64,000 nt of DNA from Longimicrobiales bacterium. Its GTDB lineage: Bacteria; Gemmatimonadota; Gemmatimonadetes; Longimicrobiales; Gaopeijiaceae. The notes under the pieces are model-generated. The model saw nothing but the letters and a program-made list of their open reading frames with translations. It was not told where the DNA came from and did no database searches. A program made the position numbers and the translations under genes. Of this stretch, positions 39,054-48,104 are shown in pieces; positions within the stretch are counted from its first letter, which is position 1, and every line of letters begins with the position of its first letter. Location: positions 4,544,001-4,608,000 of the forward strand of contig OZ250165.1 of NCBI GenBank assembly GCA_965238005.1, given 5' to 3'.

Positions 39054-40045
39054 GCCTGTACCTTCACGGGCTGGGGCATTTCCATCCCGAGAGTGAGATC
39101 ACCAACGAGTTCCTTACCGATCTCGACATCGGGACGAACGACCAGTGGATCATGGAGCGAGTGGGGATCCGCGCCCGCCGCACGGTGCTTTCTCTCGACT
39201 ACATCCGTGAGACCCGGAATGTGGATCCCGGGGGGGCCGTGGAAGCCGCCATGTACACCCACGCAGAAACCGGTAGAAGAGCCGCGGAGATGGCGCTGGA
39301 GCGGGCAGGCGTGTCCAAGAACGACATCGGCATGGTCATCGCGGGCTCGAGCAAGCCGGAGTGGTCCTCCCCCGCCGATGCGTGTATGATCGCCCAGGCT
39401 TTGGAGCTGGAGGTACCCGCCTTCGACATGAACTCGGCGTGCACGAGCATGTGGGTGGCGCTCTATGCTCTGTCCATTATGCGCCCCGAAGCACTTCCGG
39501 AATACATCCTTCTGGTGACGCCCGAGAGCCTCACGACCGCGGTGGACTACTCCGACCGGTCGGCGTCAGTGCTCTGGGGAGATTGCACGACGGCTGCCGT
39601 GGTCTCTACGAAGGTCCCGTCCCGAATCCAGATCCTGCGTAACACCCTGGAGTCGAGCCCGGCGGGCAGCGACAAGGTGGTGGTTCCCCTTTTCGGTCAC
39701 TTCAGCCAGGAGGGTCGCACCGTCCAGATGTTCGCCATCAAGAAGACCGTGCGCTGCTTGCGGCGAATCCAGAAGGAGTTTCCGCCCCCGGGCCGCTCCC
39801 TCCACTTCATCGGCCACCAGGCCAACCTCAGGATGCTCGAAACAGTGTGCCAGCACTGTAACATCGACGGCGACCATCACCACTGCAACGTCGTGGACTA
39901 CGGCAACACGGGAGCCGCCGGAGCACCGTCCGTGATGTCCATGAATTGGGATCGATGGACCGACGGTGACGACGTGGCGATCATCGGGGTGGGCTCGGGC
40001 CTGTCCTGGTCCAGCTATGTGCTCCGCTTTGGAGAGACGCCGTGA
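39050..40045 (+). CDS. fabH: 3-oxoacyl-ACP synthase III
   Basis: Cys-His-Asn triad: NSACTS, GHQAN, YGNT; WIMERVGIRARR. Confidence 0.88.
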   Translation: MSLYLHGLGHFHPESEITNEFLTDLDIGTNDQWIMERVGIRARRTVLSLDYIRETRNVDPGGAVEAAMYTHAETGRRAAEMALERAGVSKNDIGMVIAGSSKPEWSSPADACMIAQALELEVPAFDMNSACTSMWVALYALSIMRPEALPEYILLVTPESLTTAVDYSDRSASVLWGDCTTAAVVSTKVPSRIQILRNTLESSPAGSDKVVVPLFGHFSQEGRTVQMFAIKKTVRCLRRIQKEFPPPGRSLHFIGHQANLRMLETVCQHCNIDGDHHHCNVVDYGNTGAAGAPSVMSMNWDRWTDGDDVAIIGVGSGLSWSSYVLRFGETP

Positions 40046-40632
40046 AGTACGATGAGTTCCGCGCGCGATCGCACCTTTCCGAGGAGGAGGTCCTGGCTTT
40101 CGCGTATGGGCGCTTGCTCGAGGACGAGCCTCCGGAGTTCAAGGCTCGCCTGCCGTTGCCCCCCATGCTGATGGTCGATCGCATCGAGCACCTCTCGCGA
40201 AAGGGTGCCCGGGGTCGGATCGTGGCGGAGCGGGATGTTCGCCTCGACGACTGGTTCTTCCACTGTCACTTCCTCGGCGATCCGGTCCAGCCGGGATGCC
40301 TTGGCGTGGACGGCGTCTGGCAGCTCATCGGCTTCTACTGCGCCTGGAACGGCGCCCTGGGCACCGGGCGGGCGCTGGGCTGCGGCGAGGTGGAGTTCTC
40401 CGGGCAGATCAGACCCCACGACAGAGTCGTCCGATACGAGATCGACATCGTTCGATATCAGGATCTGCCGCAGTCCGGGTCCGCCGTGGCCATCGGAGAC
40501 GCGACGGTGCTGGTGGACGGTGAGGCCATCTACGAGATCAGGCGCGCCAAGGTGGGTGTCTTTCGCGACATCGACTATGCCGACTACCCCTGGCCCTCGC
40601 AGCGGTCCCGTGGTGGGAAGATGGGCGAATGA
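40042..40632 (+). CDS. fabA: 3-hydroxydecanoyl-ACP dehydratase/isomerase
   Basis: LPLPPMLMVDRI, WFFHCHFLGDPVQPGCLGVDG (FabA-type Asp), GRALG. Confidence 0.88.
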   Translation: MKYDEFRARSHLSEEEVLAFAYGRLLEDEPPEFKARLPLPPMLMVDRIEHLSRKGARGRIVAERDVRLDDWFFHCHFLGDPVQPGCLGVDGVWQLIGFYCAWNGALGTGRALGCGEVEFSGQIRPHDRVVRYEIDIVRYQDLPQSGSAVAIGDATVLVDGEAIYEIRRAKVGVFRDIDYADYPWPSQRSRGGKMGE

Positions 40633-41105
40633 GCACGTCGGAGTCCGTGGGAACGAAGCTCACGCCGGCCCAGGTGTTGGAGCTGCTCCCCCAGCAGGAG
40701 CCGTTCAGGTTCGTGGACGAGATCCTCGAGGTGTCCGAGGACCACATCGTGGCCCACTACCGGTTTCGGCCAGACGCAGACTTCTATCGGGGTCACTTCC
40801 CGGGAAATCCGGTGACTCCGGGGGTTCTCCTCCTGGAATCCTTCGCCCAGATCGGCGTCGTCGCGCTCGGCATCTACATCATCGCCCTGGAGCACGGGAT
40901 CGAAGGCGCAAAGAAGCGAGTGGCTCTCTTCTGCGACGCCAACGTCGATTTCACCGGTGTCGTGAAGCCGGGGGACCGGGTGACGACGTCGGCGAGGAGG
41001 GTGTTCTTCCGGCGAAACAAGTTACGCTCCGAGGCGACCATGACCCTGGACGACGGGACCGTCGTCCTGTCCGGGACGATCTCGGGCGTGGGGGTGGAGC
41101 GATGA
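40629..41105 (+). CDS. fabZ: FabZ-like 3-hydroxyacyl-ACP dehydratase
   Basis: LPQQEPFRFVD, GHFPGNPVTPGVLLLE (FabZ-type Glu). Confidence 0.8.
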   Translation: MSTSESVGTKLTPAQVLELLPQQEPFRFVDEILEVSEDHIVAHYRFRPDADFYRGHFPGNPVTPGVLLLESFAQIGVVALGIYIIALEHGIEGAKKRVALFCDANVDFTGVVKPGDRVTTSARRVFFRRNKLRSEATMTLDDGTVVLSGTISGVGVER

Positions 41106-42379
41106 GCCACCGGGTAGTCGTCACGGGCATGGGCGTCGTGGCTCCCAACGGGAACGGCCTCGAGGAGTACGCTCGGGCCATCCGCGACGGCATTTCCGGA
41201 ATCCGGCATTACCCGCAGCTGGAGGAGCTCAAGTTCGGATGCACCGTGGGCGGGATCCCACAGGGCGTCGACGAGATCGCCGCCGAATACTTCGACGAGG
41301 ACGAGCTCCTGGCGATGAACAGCAGCCACCGGTACGGCTGCATCGCCGCCGTCGACGCGTGGACTGACGCCGGGTTCGAGCGACCTGAGCCGGGTGACGA
41401 TCGGGTCTATTGGGAGGCCGGGGCGGTTCTCGGAACGGGGATCGGCGGGCTGGATACCACCGGCGAGAAGCTCGTGCCATTTGTCGATGCCGGCCGGGTG
41501 CGCAGGCTCGGCAGCACTATCGTGGAGCAGGTCATGGGCAGCGGGGTCTCCGCGCGGGTGGCCGGACTTCTGTCCCTGGGTAACCAGGTGACGGCCAACT
41601 CCAGCGCGTGCAGCACCGGGTTGGAGGCGATCATCGCAGGGTACTGTCGGATCGCTGCGGGCCGCGCCGAGCGAATGCTGTGCGGAGGCACCGAGGGGTC
41701 GAGTCACTATGGCTGGGCCGCCTTCGACTCCATGCGTGTCCTCTGCCGGAGGCACAACGACGAGCCCGAGAGGGCCTCACGCCCGCTCAGCGCATCTGCG
41801 GGCGGGTTCGTTCCCGGCAGCGGTGCAGGACTCCTCCACTTGGAGAGCCTGGAGAGCGCCGAGGCGCGAGGTGCGCGGATCCATGCCGAAGTTCTGGGTG
41901 GCGGCATCAATTGCGGAGGGCATAGCGGTGGAGGTAGCATGACCGCGCCCAACCCGGAGGGAGTGCAACGCTGCATCCGGCAAGCCGTGGCGGATGCGTC
42001 CATCGATGCGGACGAGGTGGACGCCATCAATGGTCATCTGACGGCGACCGGCGCCGATCCGCGAGAAGTGGCCTCTTGGGCGAAGGCCCTCGAACGCACG
42101 CCGGAAACGTTCCCGGTGATCTCGTCGACCAAGTCGATGATCGGACACGCGCTGGGTGCCGCAGGGGCCTTGGAGGCGGTCGCATGTATCTTGATGCTCG
42201 AGGGAGGGTTTGTTCATCCCTCCATAAACTGTGAGGATGTGCACCCGGAGATCGAGGCATATGCGGCCTCGATCCCGCATGTGGTGCGCGAAATGCCGGC
42301 GCTGAATACGATTATCAAGGCGGGCTTCGGCTTTGGCGATGTAAATTCTTGTGCGATCTTCCGCAGGTGGGTCGACTAG
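41102..42379 (+). CDS. Elongating beta-ketoacyl-ACP synthase (FabF/FabB family)
   Basis: VVVTGMG, SACSTG, INGHLTAT, KSMIGH, GFGFGDVN. Confidence 0.9.
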   Translation: MSHRVVVTGMGVVAPNGNGLEEYARAIRDGISGIRHYPQLEELKFGCTVGGIPQGVDEIAAEYFDEDELLAMNSSHRYGCIAAVDAWTDAGFERPEPGDDRVYWEAGAVLGTGIGGLDTTGEKLVPFVDAGRVRRLGSTIVEQVMGSGVSARVAGLLSLGNQVTANSSACSTGLEAIIAGYCRIAAGRAERMLCGGTEGSSHYGWAAFDSMRVLCRRHNDEPERASRPLSASAGGFVPGSGAGLLHLESLESAEARGARIHAEVLGGGINCGGHSGGGSMTAPNPEGVQRCIRQAVADASIDADEVDAINGHLTATGADPREVASWAKALERTPETFPVISSTKSMIGHALGAAGALEAVACILMLEGGFVHPSINCEDVHPEIEAYAASIPHVVREMPALNTIIKAGFGFGDVNSCAIFRRWVD

Positions 42380-42404
42380 CACTGGATCGAAACGGGAAGC
42401 GCTA

Positions 42405-42653
42405 ATGACCAGAGAAGAGATCTTCGCGAAGGTGATAGAGATCATGAAGCCGTACGTGAAGAACCAAGAGGCACTGGATGCGGTGAACGAGGACACGAAC
42501 ATCCTCCAGGACCTCAAGGTGAATTCCGCACGGTTGGTGGACATCATCCTGAACTTCGAAGATGAGTTCGACATCGAAGTGGAGGATGAAGACGCCGATG
42601 CCGTGAACACCGTCGGCGACGCGGTGGGGCTCATCCAGCAAAAGATCTCGTAA
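42405..42653 (+). CDS. Acyl carrier protein (atypical NSA motif)
   Basis: Acidic 82 aa; DLKVNSARLVD, FEDEFDIEV, TVGDAV. Confidence 0.88.
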   Translation: MTREEIFAKVIEIMKPYVKNQEALDAVNEDTNILQDLKVNSARLVDIILNFEDEFDIEVEDEDADAVNTVGDAVGLIQQKIS

Positions 42654-42663
42654 GTCTCGAGTC

Positions 42664-43410
42664 GTGACGAAACTTCCCTTGAGAACACGGGCGGCGCTGG
42701 CCATTCAGCGGGAGGTGGGCCGGCTGTCTTCCGTCTTCTGGATCACCTCTATCGTCTTCGCGATGCGGTTCCTGATGAGGTATCACGTCAAGAACGCCGG
42801 CGCGCTGCGCAAGCGCTTTCGCGCCATGATGCGTGAGAACGATCAACCCCTGCTGATCTGCGCGAACCATCTGACCATGGTCGACTCGGCTGTGGTCGCG
42901 TGGGCCCTCGGGGGAAGCTGGTGGTACGTCTTCAACTACTCCCGCATGCCGTGGAATGTGCCGGAGTACACCAACTACGCGTTTGTTTGGCCCAGCCGGT
43001 TCGGTGCCTGGCTCACCAAGTGCATTCCGGTGAGACGGGGCGGGAGGCGGCAGGACGTGTCCGGGGTTATCAAGCGCGTGCAACATCTCCTCACCCGGGG
43101 CGAGACCGCTTTGATCTTCCCCGAGGCGGGGCGTAGCCGCACGGGGCGTGTGCAGTCCGACGCCATCGCCCACGGGGTGGGGAGGATCCTGAACTCCGTG
43201 CGGGACTGTCGAACACTGTGTGTATACATACGCGGTGACCGACAGAAGACATGGTCTACCGTTCCGGCCCGCGGCGACTCGTTCTACGTCGACTTGGAGC
43301 TCTTCAAGCCCGAGTCTGAGCATTCGGGCCTGCGGCGGTCCAGGGACCTGGCCGAGCAGATCGTAGCTCGACTGGCGCGTATGGAGCAAAAGTACTTTGC
43401 TTGTAGGTAA
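42664..43410 (+). CDS. PlsC-like lysophospholipid acyltransferase
   Basis: ANHLTMVD (HX4D), IPVRR, IFPEAGRS. Confidence 0.85.
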   Translation: MTKLPLRTRAALAIQREVGRLSSVFWITSIVFAMRFLMRYHVKNAGALRKRFRAMMRENDQPLLICANHLTMVDSAVVAWALGGSWWYVFNYSRMPWNVPEYTNYAFVWPSRFGAWLTKCIPVRRGGRRQDVSGVIKRVQHLLTRGETALIFPEAGRSRTGRVQSDAIAHGVGRILNSVRDCRTLCVYIRGDRQKTWSTVPARGDSFYVDLELFKPESEHSGLRRSRDLAEQIVARLARMEQKYFACR

Positions 43411-44104
43411 CGATATCGTCGATCTCCACGATCCGTGGAGCCAAGCCGGCAGGATCCACGGCCGCTTCGACAGCCGGGCGTTTACTCCCGCCGAACAAGC
43501 CCGCATCCGCGGGAGCCGCTCCGCGCATCAACTCCGATGGTCTCTCTGGGCGGCGAAGGAAAGCGCCTTCAAGGTCGCCCGGAAGCTCGACGGCGAGGTA
43601 CGGTTCTTCCCGAGGAGATTCGCCGTCCGGATGCTCGACGACGCCAGGGCCGAGGTGAGCCATGGAGTGGGGCGCTTCAGCGTCTGGTTCGAGCGAGCGG
43701 ACGGATGGCTGCACGCTCTCGCCGTGCCCGTGGCAGATCAGGCGACCGGTTCCCGTGCCGAAGTCCACGACGGAGCCGCCGGCGAGCCCCCCATCGGCGC
43801 CCGTGCCCGCGTCGGCCGAGTCGAGATCGACGGCTCGGGAGCTCGGGGCGACCGCCCCAGCGTTCGTGTTAGAGAGCTGGCGCGAACCGCCGTGGGGTCC
43901 CTGATGAACATCTCCCCGGCAGAGATCGACATCGTGACCCAGGGGGGGATACCGACCTTGCGCCGGCGAGACGAGCGTTTGCGCGTGGACCTGTCGCTGT
44001 CCCATCACGGCCGCTTCGTCGCCTGCGCGTGGGCCGTCTACCCTTGGGGGCACCGCCTAGGTCTGGCCGGTAACAGGCGCGCTAGCGCTTGTCGGCGCTC
44101 CTAA
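43397..44104 (+). CDS. 4'-phosphopantetheinyl transferase
   Basis: VGNDIVD, WAAKESAFK, LSLSHHG. Confidence 0.88.
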   Translation: MLVGNDIVDLHDPWSQAGRIHGRFDSRAFTPAEQARIRGSRSAHQLRWSLWAAKESAFKVARKLDGEVRFFPRRFAVRMLDDARAEVSHGVGRFSVWFERADGWLHALAVPVADQATGSRAEVHDGAAGEPPIGARARVGRVEIDGSGARGDRPSVRVRELARTAVGSLMNISPAEIDIVTQGGIPTLRRRDERLRVDLSLSHHGRFVACAWAVYPWGHRLGLAGNRRASACRRS

Positions 44105-46249
44105 CGCGGCTCGCCCCACTTCTGGGACACCACCCTGGGCGGATCCGGACTCGGACTGTCTTCGCTTGAAGCGCTGCCCGAGGATCTTCAGACCGGCGGG
44201 CTCTCCGATGACCGTGAGCCGGTCGCCCTCCTCGAGCACCGTGGCGCCCCGCGGGACGATGACCTCCGACTCGCGGCTCACCAGTGCGATGAGCGTGCCT
44301 TCGGGCATGTTCAGGTCCTTCAGGGCGAGACCGATGAGTGACGCGGCGGGGGTGTCGGGCTCCAGTGTGAGGGCCAACACCCTCTCGTCCCGAAGCACGG
44401 CCTCTTTGAGCTCCTGGTGATTGGACGCCGACAGCCACGCATCCATGAAGTCCTCTTTGTCCACGCGTCCGGCGATCTGAGCGAGGATGCGGAGGTGCTG
44501 GCCTGGGTTCTTCTCGGGACTGACCAGGAAAAAGACCGCCCGTACGGGTTCAAGCTGCTCCTGTGCCGTCCCGGCGGAGTCCACGTCCACGTCCATCTCG
44601 ATCCCGTCGATGCATCGAACGAGAACCATCCGCGAGGATCCGATGGTCGTGAGGCGGAGGTGGGGGAGCGCCACTCCGTGGGAGACCGGCGTCATGCCCA
44701 CCACCGTCCCCTTCAGGAAGCCATCACCCAGCCTCTTGGCCGACGTATCGCACGTATCGGCCAGATAGGCGGAGGCTTCCCATATGATGTCACGAAAGCT
44801 CGTGCCGCCTGGTGTGTCGATGATCGCCGCCGCCGCCACCACCTGCTCGAAGGGATCGGCGTCCCGGAGGCCCTTTTCCTTCATGATCTGCCGGAGCTCG
44901 CGGTCCAGGCCGACGTCGCGCTGGCGCCCGAGCCTCTCGAACACGTGGTAGATGGCCCCCTCGCGGTCCACTCGGTCGCGGGCGTAGTAGGTATACCAGA
45001 TCGCGCCAAACGTGATAAGACCTCCCGTGAACAGGCTGGGGAGAAGTCCCATCTCCACAACCACCCAGAAGGAGGCCAAGACGCCCAGTATGTGAAGCCA
45101 GGGGTAGAAGGGGGAGCGGTAGCCCGGGTCGTACGACTCGATGCGACTCTCCCTCATGACGATCACCGCCAGGCAGCTCAGCCCGAACATCATGAGCTGG
45201 AATGCTCCAGCGAGCTTGGCGATCTTGGTCGGGTCGAACAGCACGACGAAGGCGAGGATCAGCGCGACCGAGGTGAAGATGGCGTACATCGGGGTTCCCC
45301 GGGCCTGGATCTTCGAGAAGAACCGGGGAAGCACTTTGTCACGGCTCATGGCCAGGGGATACCGAGATGCACTCAGGACGGCCGCGTTCGACACGGATGA
45401 GAAGGCGAGGACCGCCGCCGCCGTCACCAGGATCATCCCCCATGGCCCCACCAGTACATCAGCCACCGTCGCAACCGGCGTCAGGTCGCCCCCGTCCCGT
45501 GCCAGGACATCCGCCGAGACGACCCCCACCATGACCGCTGTGCCCACGGTGTACACGAGGATGGCGGTGCCGAAGGCCAGGAACATTCCTAAGGGAAGAT
45601 TTCTCTCAGGGTTGCGGACTTCCTCCGCTATGCTGGCTACCTTGGTGAGCCCCATGTAGCTGACGATGACGAGGCCCGCAGTGGTAACGACCGACACCGG
45701 TGCCTGACTGAACATGCCGGCGAGATTCCCGGGCTCCACATGCATCAGCCCCGTGCCCATGAACCACGCCAGGATCAACAGCAGGGCCACGACCATGAAC
45801 CCCTGAAACCGGGTGGCCCTCTTCGCTCCCAGGACGTTGACGATCCCGAACAAAACGGCGAAGGCCACCGCGATAGGCACGACGTTGAGCTCGGGGAGGA
45901 ACAGCCGCAGATACGCCCCGATACCGATGAGGGCGAAGGCGGCCTTAAGGGAAAGTGCGATCCATGTCCCGAAGCCCCCCACCGTTCCCATGAGGGGTCC
46001 CATGCTGCGATCCACGAAGTAGTAAACGCCTCCGGCTCGCGGCATGGCCGTAGCTAGCTCCGCCATGCTGACCAGGCCGGGGACCAGCAGGAGACCGGCC
46101 AGAAGGTAGGACAAGGGCATTCCCGGCCCGGCTCCGGCGGCCGCGAGCCCCGGAAGCAGGAAGAAGCCCGAGCTCAGCGTGGCGCCCGTGGCGATGACGT
46201 AGACGTCCCAGAGGCCCAGCTCCTTCTTGAGGAGCTCCGGTTTGCTCAT
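44057..46249 (-). CDS. APC amino-acid permease fused to PTS EIIA-like and TrkA-C (RCK_C) domains
   Basis: SSGFFLLPG, AELATAMP.AGG, EEVRNP; GVALPH..HLRILAQIA; IVPRGATVLEEGD. Confidence 0.88.
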   Translation of the reverse strand: MSKPELLKKELGLWDVYVIATGATLSSGFFLLPGLAAAGAGPGMPLSYLLAGLLLVPGLVSMAELATAMPRAGGVYYFVDRSMGPLMGTVGGFGTWIALSLKAAFALIGIGAYLRLFLPELNVVPIAVAFAVLFGIVNVLGAKRATRFQGFMVVALLLILAWFMGTGLMHVEPGNLAGMFSQAPVSVVTTAGLVIVSYMGLTKVASIAEEVRNPERNLPLGMFLAFGTAILVYTVGTAVMVGVVSADVLARDGGDLTPVATVADVLVGPWGMILVTAAAVLAFSSVSNAAVLSASRYPLAMSRDKVLPRFFSKIQARGTPMYAIFTSVALILAFVVLFDPTKIAKLAGAFQLMMFGLSCLAVIVMRESRIESYDPGYRSPFYPWLHILGVLASFWVVVEMGLLPSLFTGGLITFGAIWYTYYARDRVDREGAIYHVFERLGRQRDVGLDRELRQIMKEKGLRDADPFEQVVAAAAIIDTPGGTSFRDIIWEASAYLADTCDTSAKRLGDGFLKGTVVGMTPVSHGVALPHLRLTTIGSSRMVLVRCIDGIEMDVDVDSAGTAQEQLEPVRAVFFLVSPEKNPGQHLRILAQIAGRVDKEDFMDAWLSASNHQELKEAVLRDERVLALTLEPDTPAASLIGLALKDLNMPEGTLIALVSRESEVIVPRGATVLEEGDRLTVIGEPAGLKILGQRFKRRQSESGSAQGGVPEVGRAALGAPTSASAPVTGQT

Positions 46250-47538
46250 GGCTTCAGGTAGACCTCTCCGTCCTTCATGACGAACCGGACGTTCCGGAGG
46301 GCGGAGATCTCCTGCGTGGGGTCGCCCTCCACTGCGATGAGGTCCGCCAGGAGGCCCGCCTCGATGCGGCCCACCCGATCGTCGATCCCGAAGATTCGGG
46401 CGTTGCCCGACGTGGCTGCGGCGAGCACGGCCTGAGTCGGCATTCCGTACTCCTCCATCAGCTCCAGCTCGAACACGTTGTCGCCGTGTAAATACACACC
46501 AACGTCCCCGCCGAAGCAGATGGTCACACCGGTGGCCAGGGCTCGCCCGAAGCTCTCACGCTTCCTGGTGATGCTCGCAGGCTCGGGATCGATGCCCTTT
46601 CGCCAGCCTGCGTACGTCCGGATGGAGTAGCCGGCAGCCAGGGTCGGGCAGAGCGCCACCCCGTGATCCGCCATGAGCCGGAAGGTCTCGTCCGTGGCGT
46701 TGTTGCCGTGCTCGATGGTGGCGACCCCCGCCAACGTCGCCCGGCGTATGGCCTCGGGGCTCGAGGCGTGGGCGACGACAGGCCGTCCCGAGCTGTTGGC
46801 TACCTTCACGATCGTCTCGAGCTCCTCCAGCGTGAAGGCGGGCTGCGTGGACCCGTTCGGACCCCAGCGGTAGTCGGCGTAGACCTTTATGAAGTCGGCT
46901 CCACGGCCGATCTGGTCTCGCGTGACCCTGATGAGATCGTCGTAGCCGTCGGCCTCTTCGGCGCCTTTGGGAAACTGGATCTCGGGCGCACCCTTCGGGC
47001 TGTAGCTGCCCGTCGCGACGATGGCTCTGGTGGCGACGAGGAGCCGCGGGCCCGGGATCACTCCGCGGTCGATGGCCTGCTTGATGCCCACATCGGCGTA
47101 CCCGGCCCCCTCGGATCCAAGGTCGCGCATCGTGGTGACCCCGGCCATGAGGCTGTTCTTCACGTGAACGGTGGCGCGGGCGGTGCGCAGGCCCAGCGAC
47201 TCGTTCAGGACCTGGTCGGTCCACGCCGTCTCGTTGTAGGGGTGGAGGAGGATGTGGGAGTGCCCTTCGATGAGGCCTGGGAGGAGCGTGGTTCCCGGGA
47301 GATCGATCTCCACCGTTCCCCGGGGCGCGTCGACTACCGACTCAGGATCCGCGGCTTCGATGCGATTCCCCCGCACCAGGACCACCCAGCCCTGGTGAAG
47401 AGCTTCCCCGTCAAACACACGGGAGGGTCGGAGAAGGGTGGTCTCCTGAGCCGTCAGGCCGGTGGCGGACGTCGGCACCGTGCACAGGACGATCAGGCAG
47501 GAGAGGAGGACGAACCGGGCGCCGACGGTGATACGCAT
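46246..47538 (-). CDS. Secreted amidohydrolase family protein (alternative GTG start 47565)
   Basis: LPGLIEGHSH, GVTTMRD, FIK, VAHA, IEHG, GLLADLIAVEGDP. Confidence 0.9.
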   Translation of the reverse strand: MRITVGARFVLLSCLIVLCTVPTSATGLTAQETTLLRPSRVFDGEALHQGWVVLVRGNRIEAADPESVVDAPRGTVEIDLPGTTLLPGLIEGHSHILLHPYNETAWTDQVLNESLGLRTARATVHVKNSLMAGVTTMRDLGSEGAGYADVGIKQAIDRGVIPGPRLLVATRAIVATGSYSPKGAPEIQFPKGAEEADGYDDLIRVTRDQIGRGADFIKVYADYRWGPNGSTQPAFTLEELETIVKVANSSGRPVVAHASSPEAIRRATLAGVATIEHGNNATDETFRLMADHGVALCPTLAAGYSIRTYAGWRKGIDPEPASITRKRESFGRALATGVTICFGGDVGVYLHGDNVFELELMEEYGMPTQAVLAAATSGNARIFGIDDRVGRIEAGLLADLIAVEGDPTQEISALRNVRFVMKDGEVYLKP

Positions 47539-47561
47539 CACACTGTCCAAGGTAAGGGGGC

Positions 47562-48023
47562 TCACTCCCATTCGATGGTTCCGGGGGGCTTGGAGGCGAT
47601 GTCCAAGGCCAGGCTGGAAACACCGGGGAGATCCAGGATCTCCTCCCGCAGGTCGTCCAGAACCTCCGTGGGGAGCTCTACCGGCGTGGCCGTCATGAGG
47701 CGGTTGTCCACGTGGAGGAGGTGGAGGTGATCCGGGCCCCAGCGATTGTCCGAGGACCGTCGCCGCCGCCGTGGAATCCACGCCGCCCGAGGCAAGCAGG
47801 AAGAAGCCGTAGCGCCGAAGCGAGTCGGAGCCGCGGAGTCCTCTCCCTGCGAGGCCAGGCTGGGGCTGCCCGAGATGATGATCCCCCGATAACCGAGGAA
47901 GGCGTCGATGGGGTCCTCGGGCTGCCGGATCTCAGCCAGCACAGCGCGGCGGCGCACTTTGGCGGCGATGAGGTGGGCGTACTGCCCTCCGAAGTCTATG
48001 ACGGCAATGCTGTCGTGTGCCAT
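47562..48023 (-). pseudogene. guaA: GMP synthase remnant in three pieces
   Basis: N-term IDFGGQYAHLI..IISGSP; off-frame FLLASGGVDST; HVDNRLM joined to TA.. and C-term SKPPGTIEWE; 153 codons vs over 500 typical. Confidence 0.88.
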
Positions 48024-48104
48024 TGCACCTGAAGGGTCATCGAAGGCATGGGGTAGGCCGCCGCGTCAAGCGGCCCTTGACGACCCAGGTTACCAAGACC
48101 GGCC

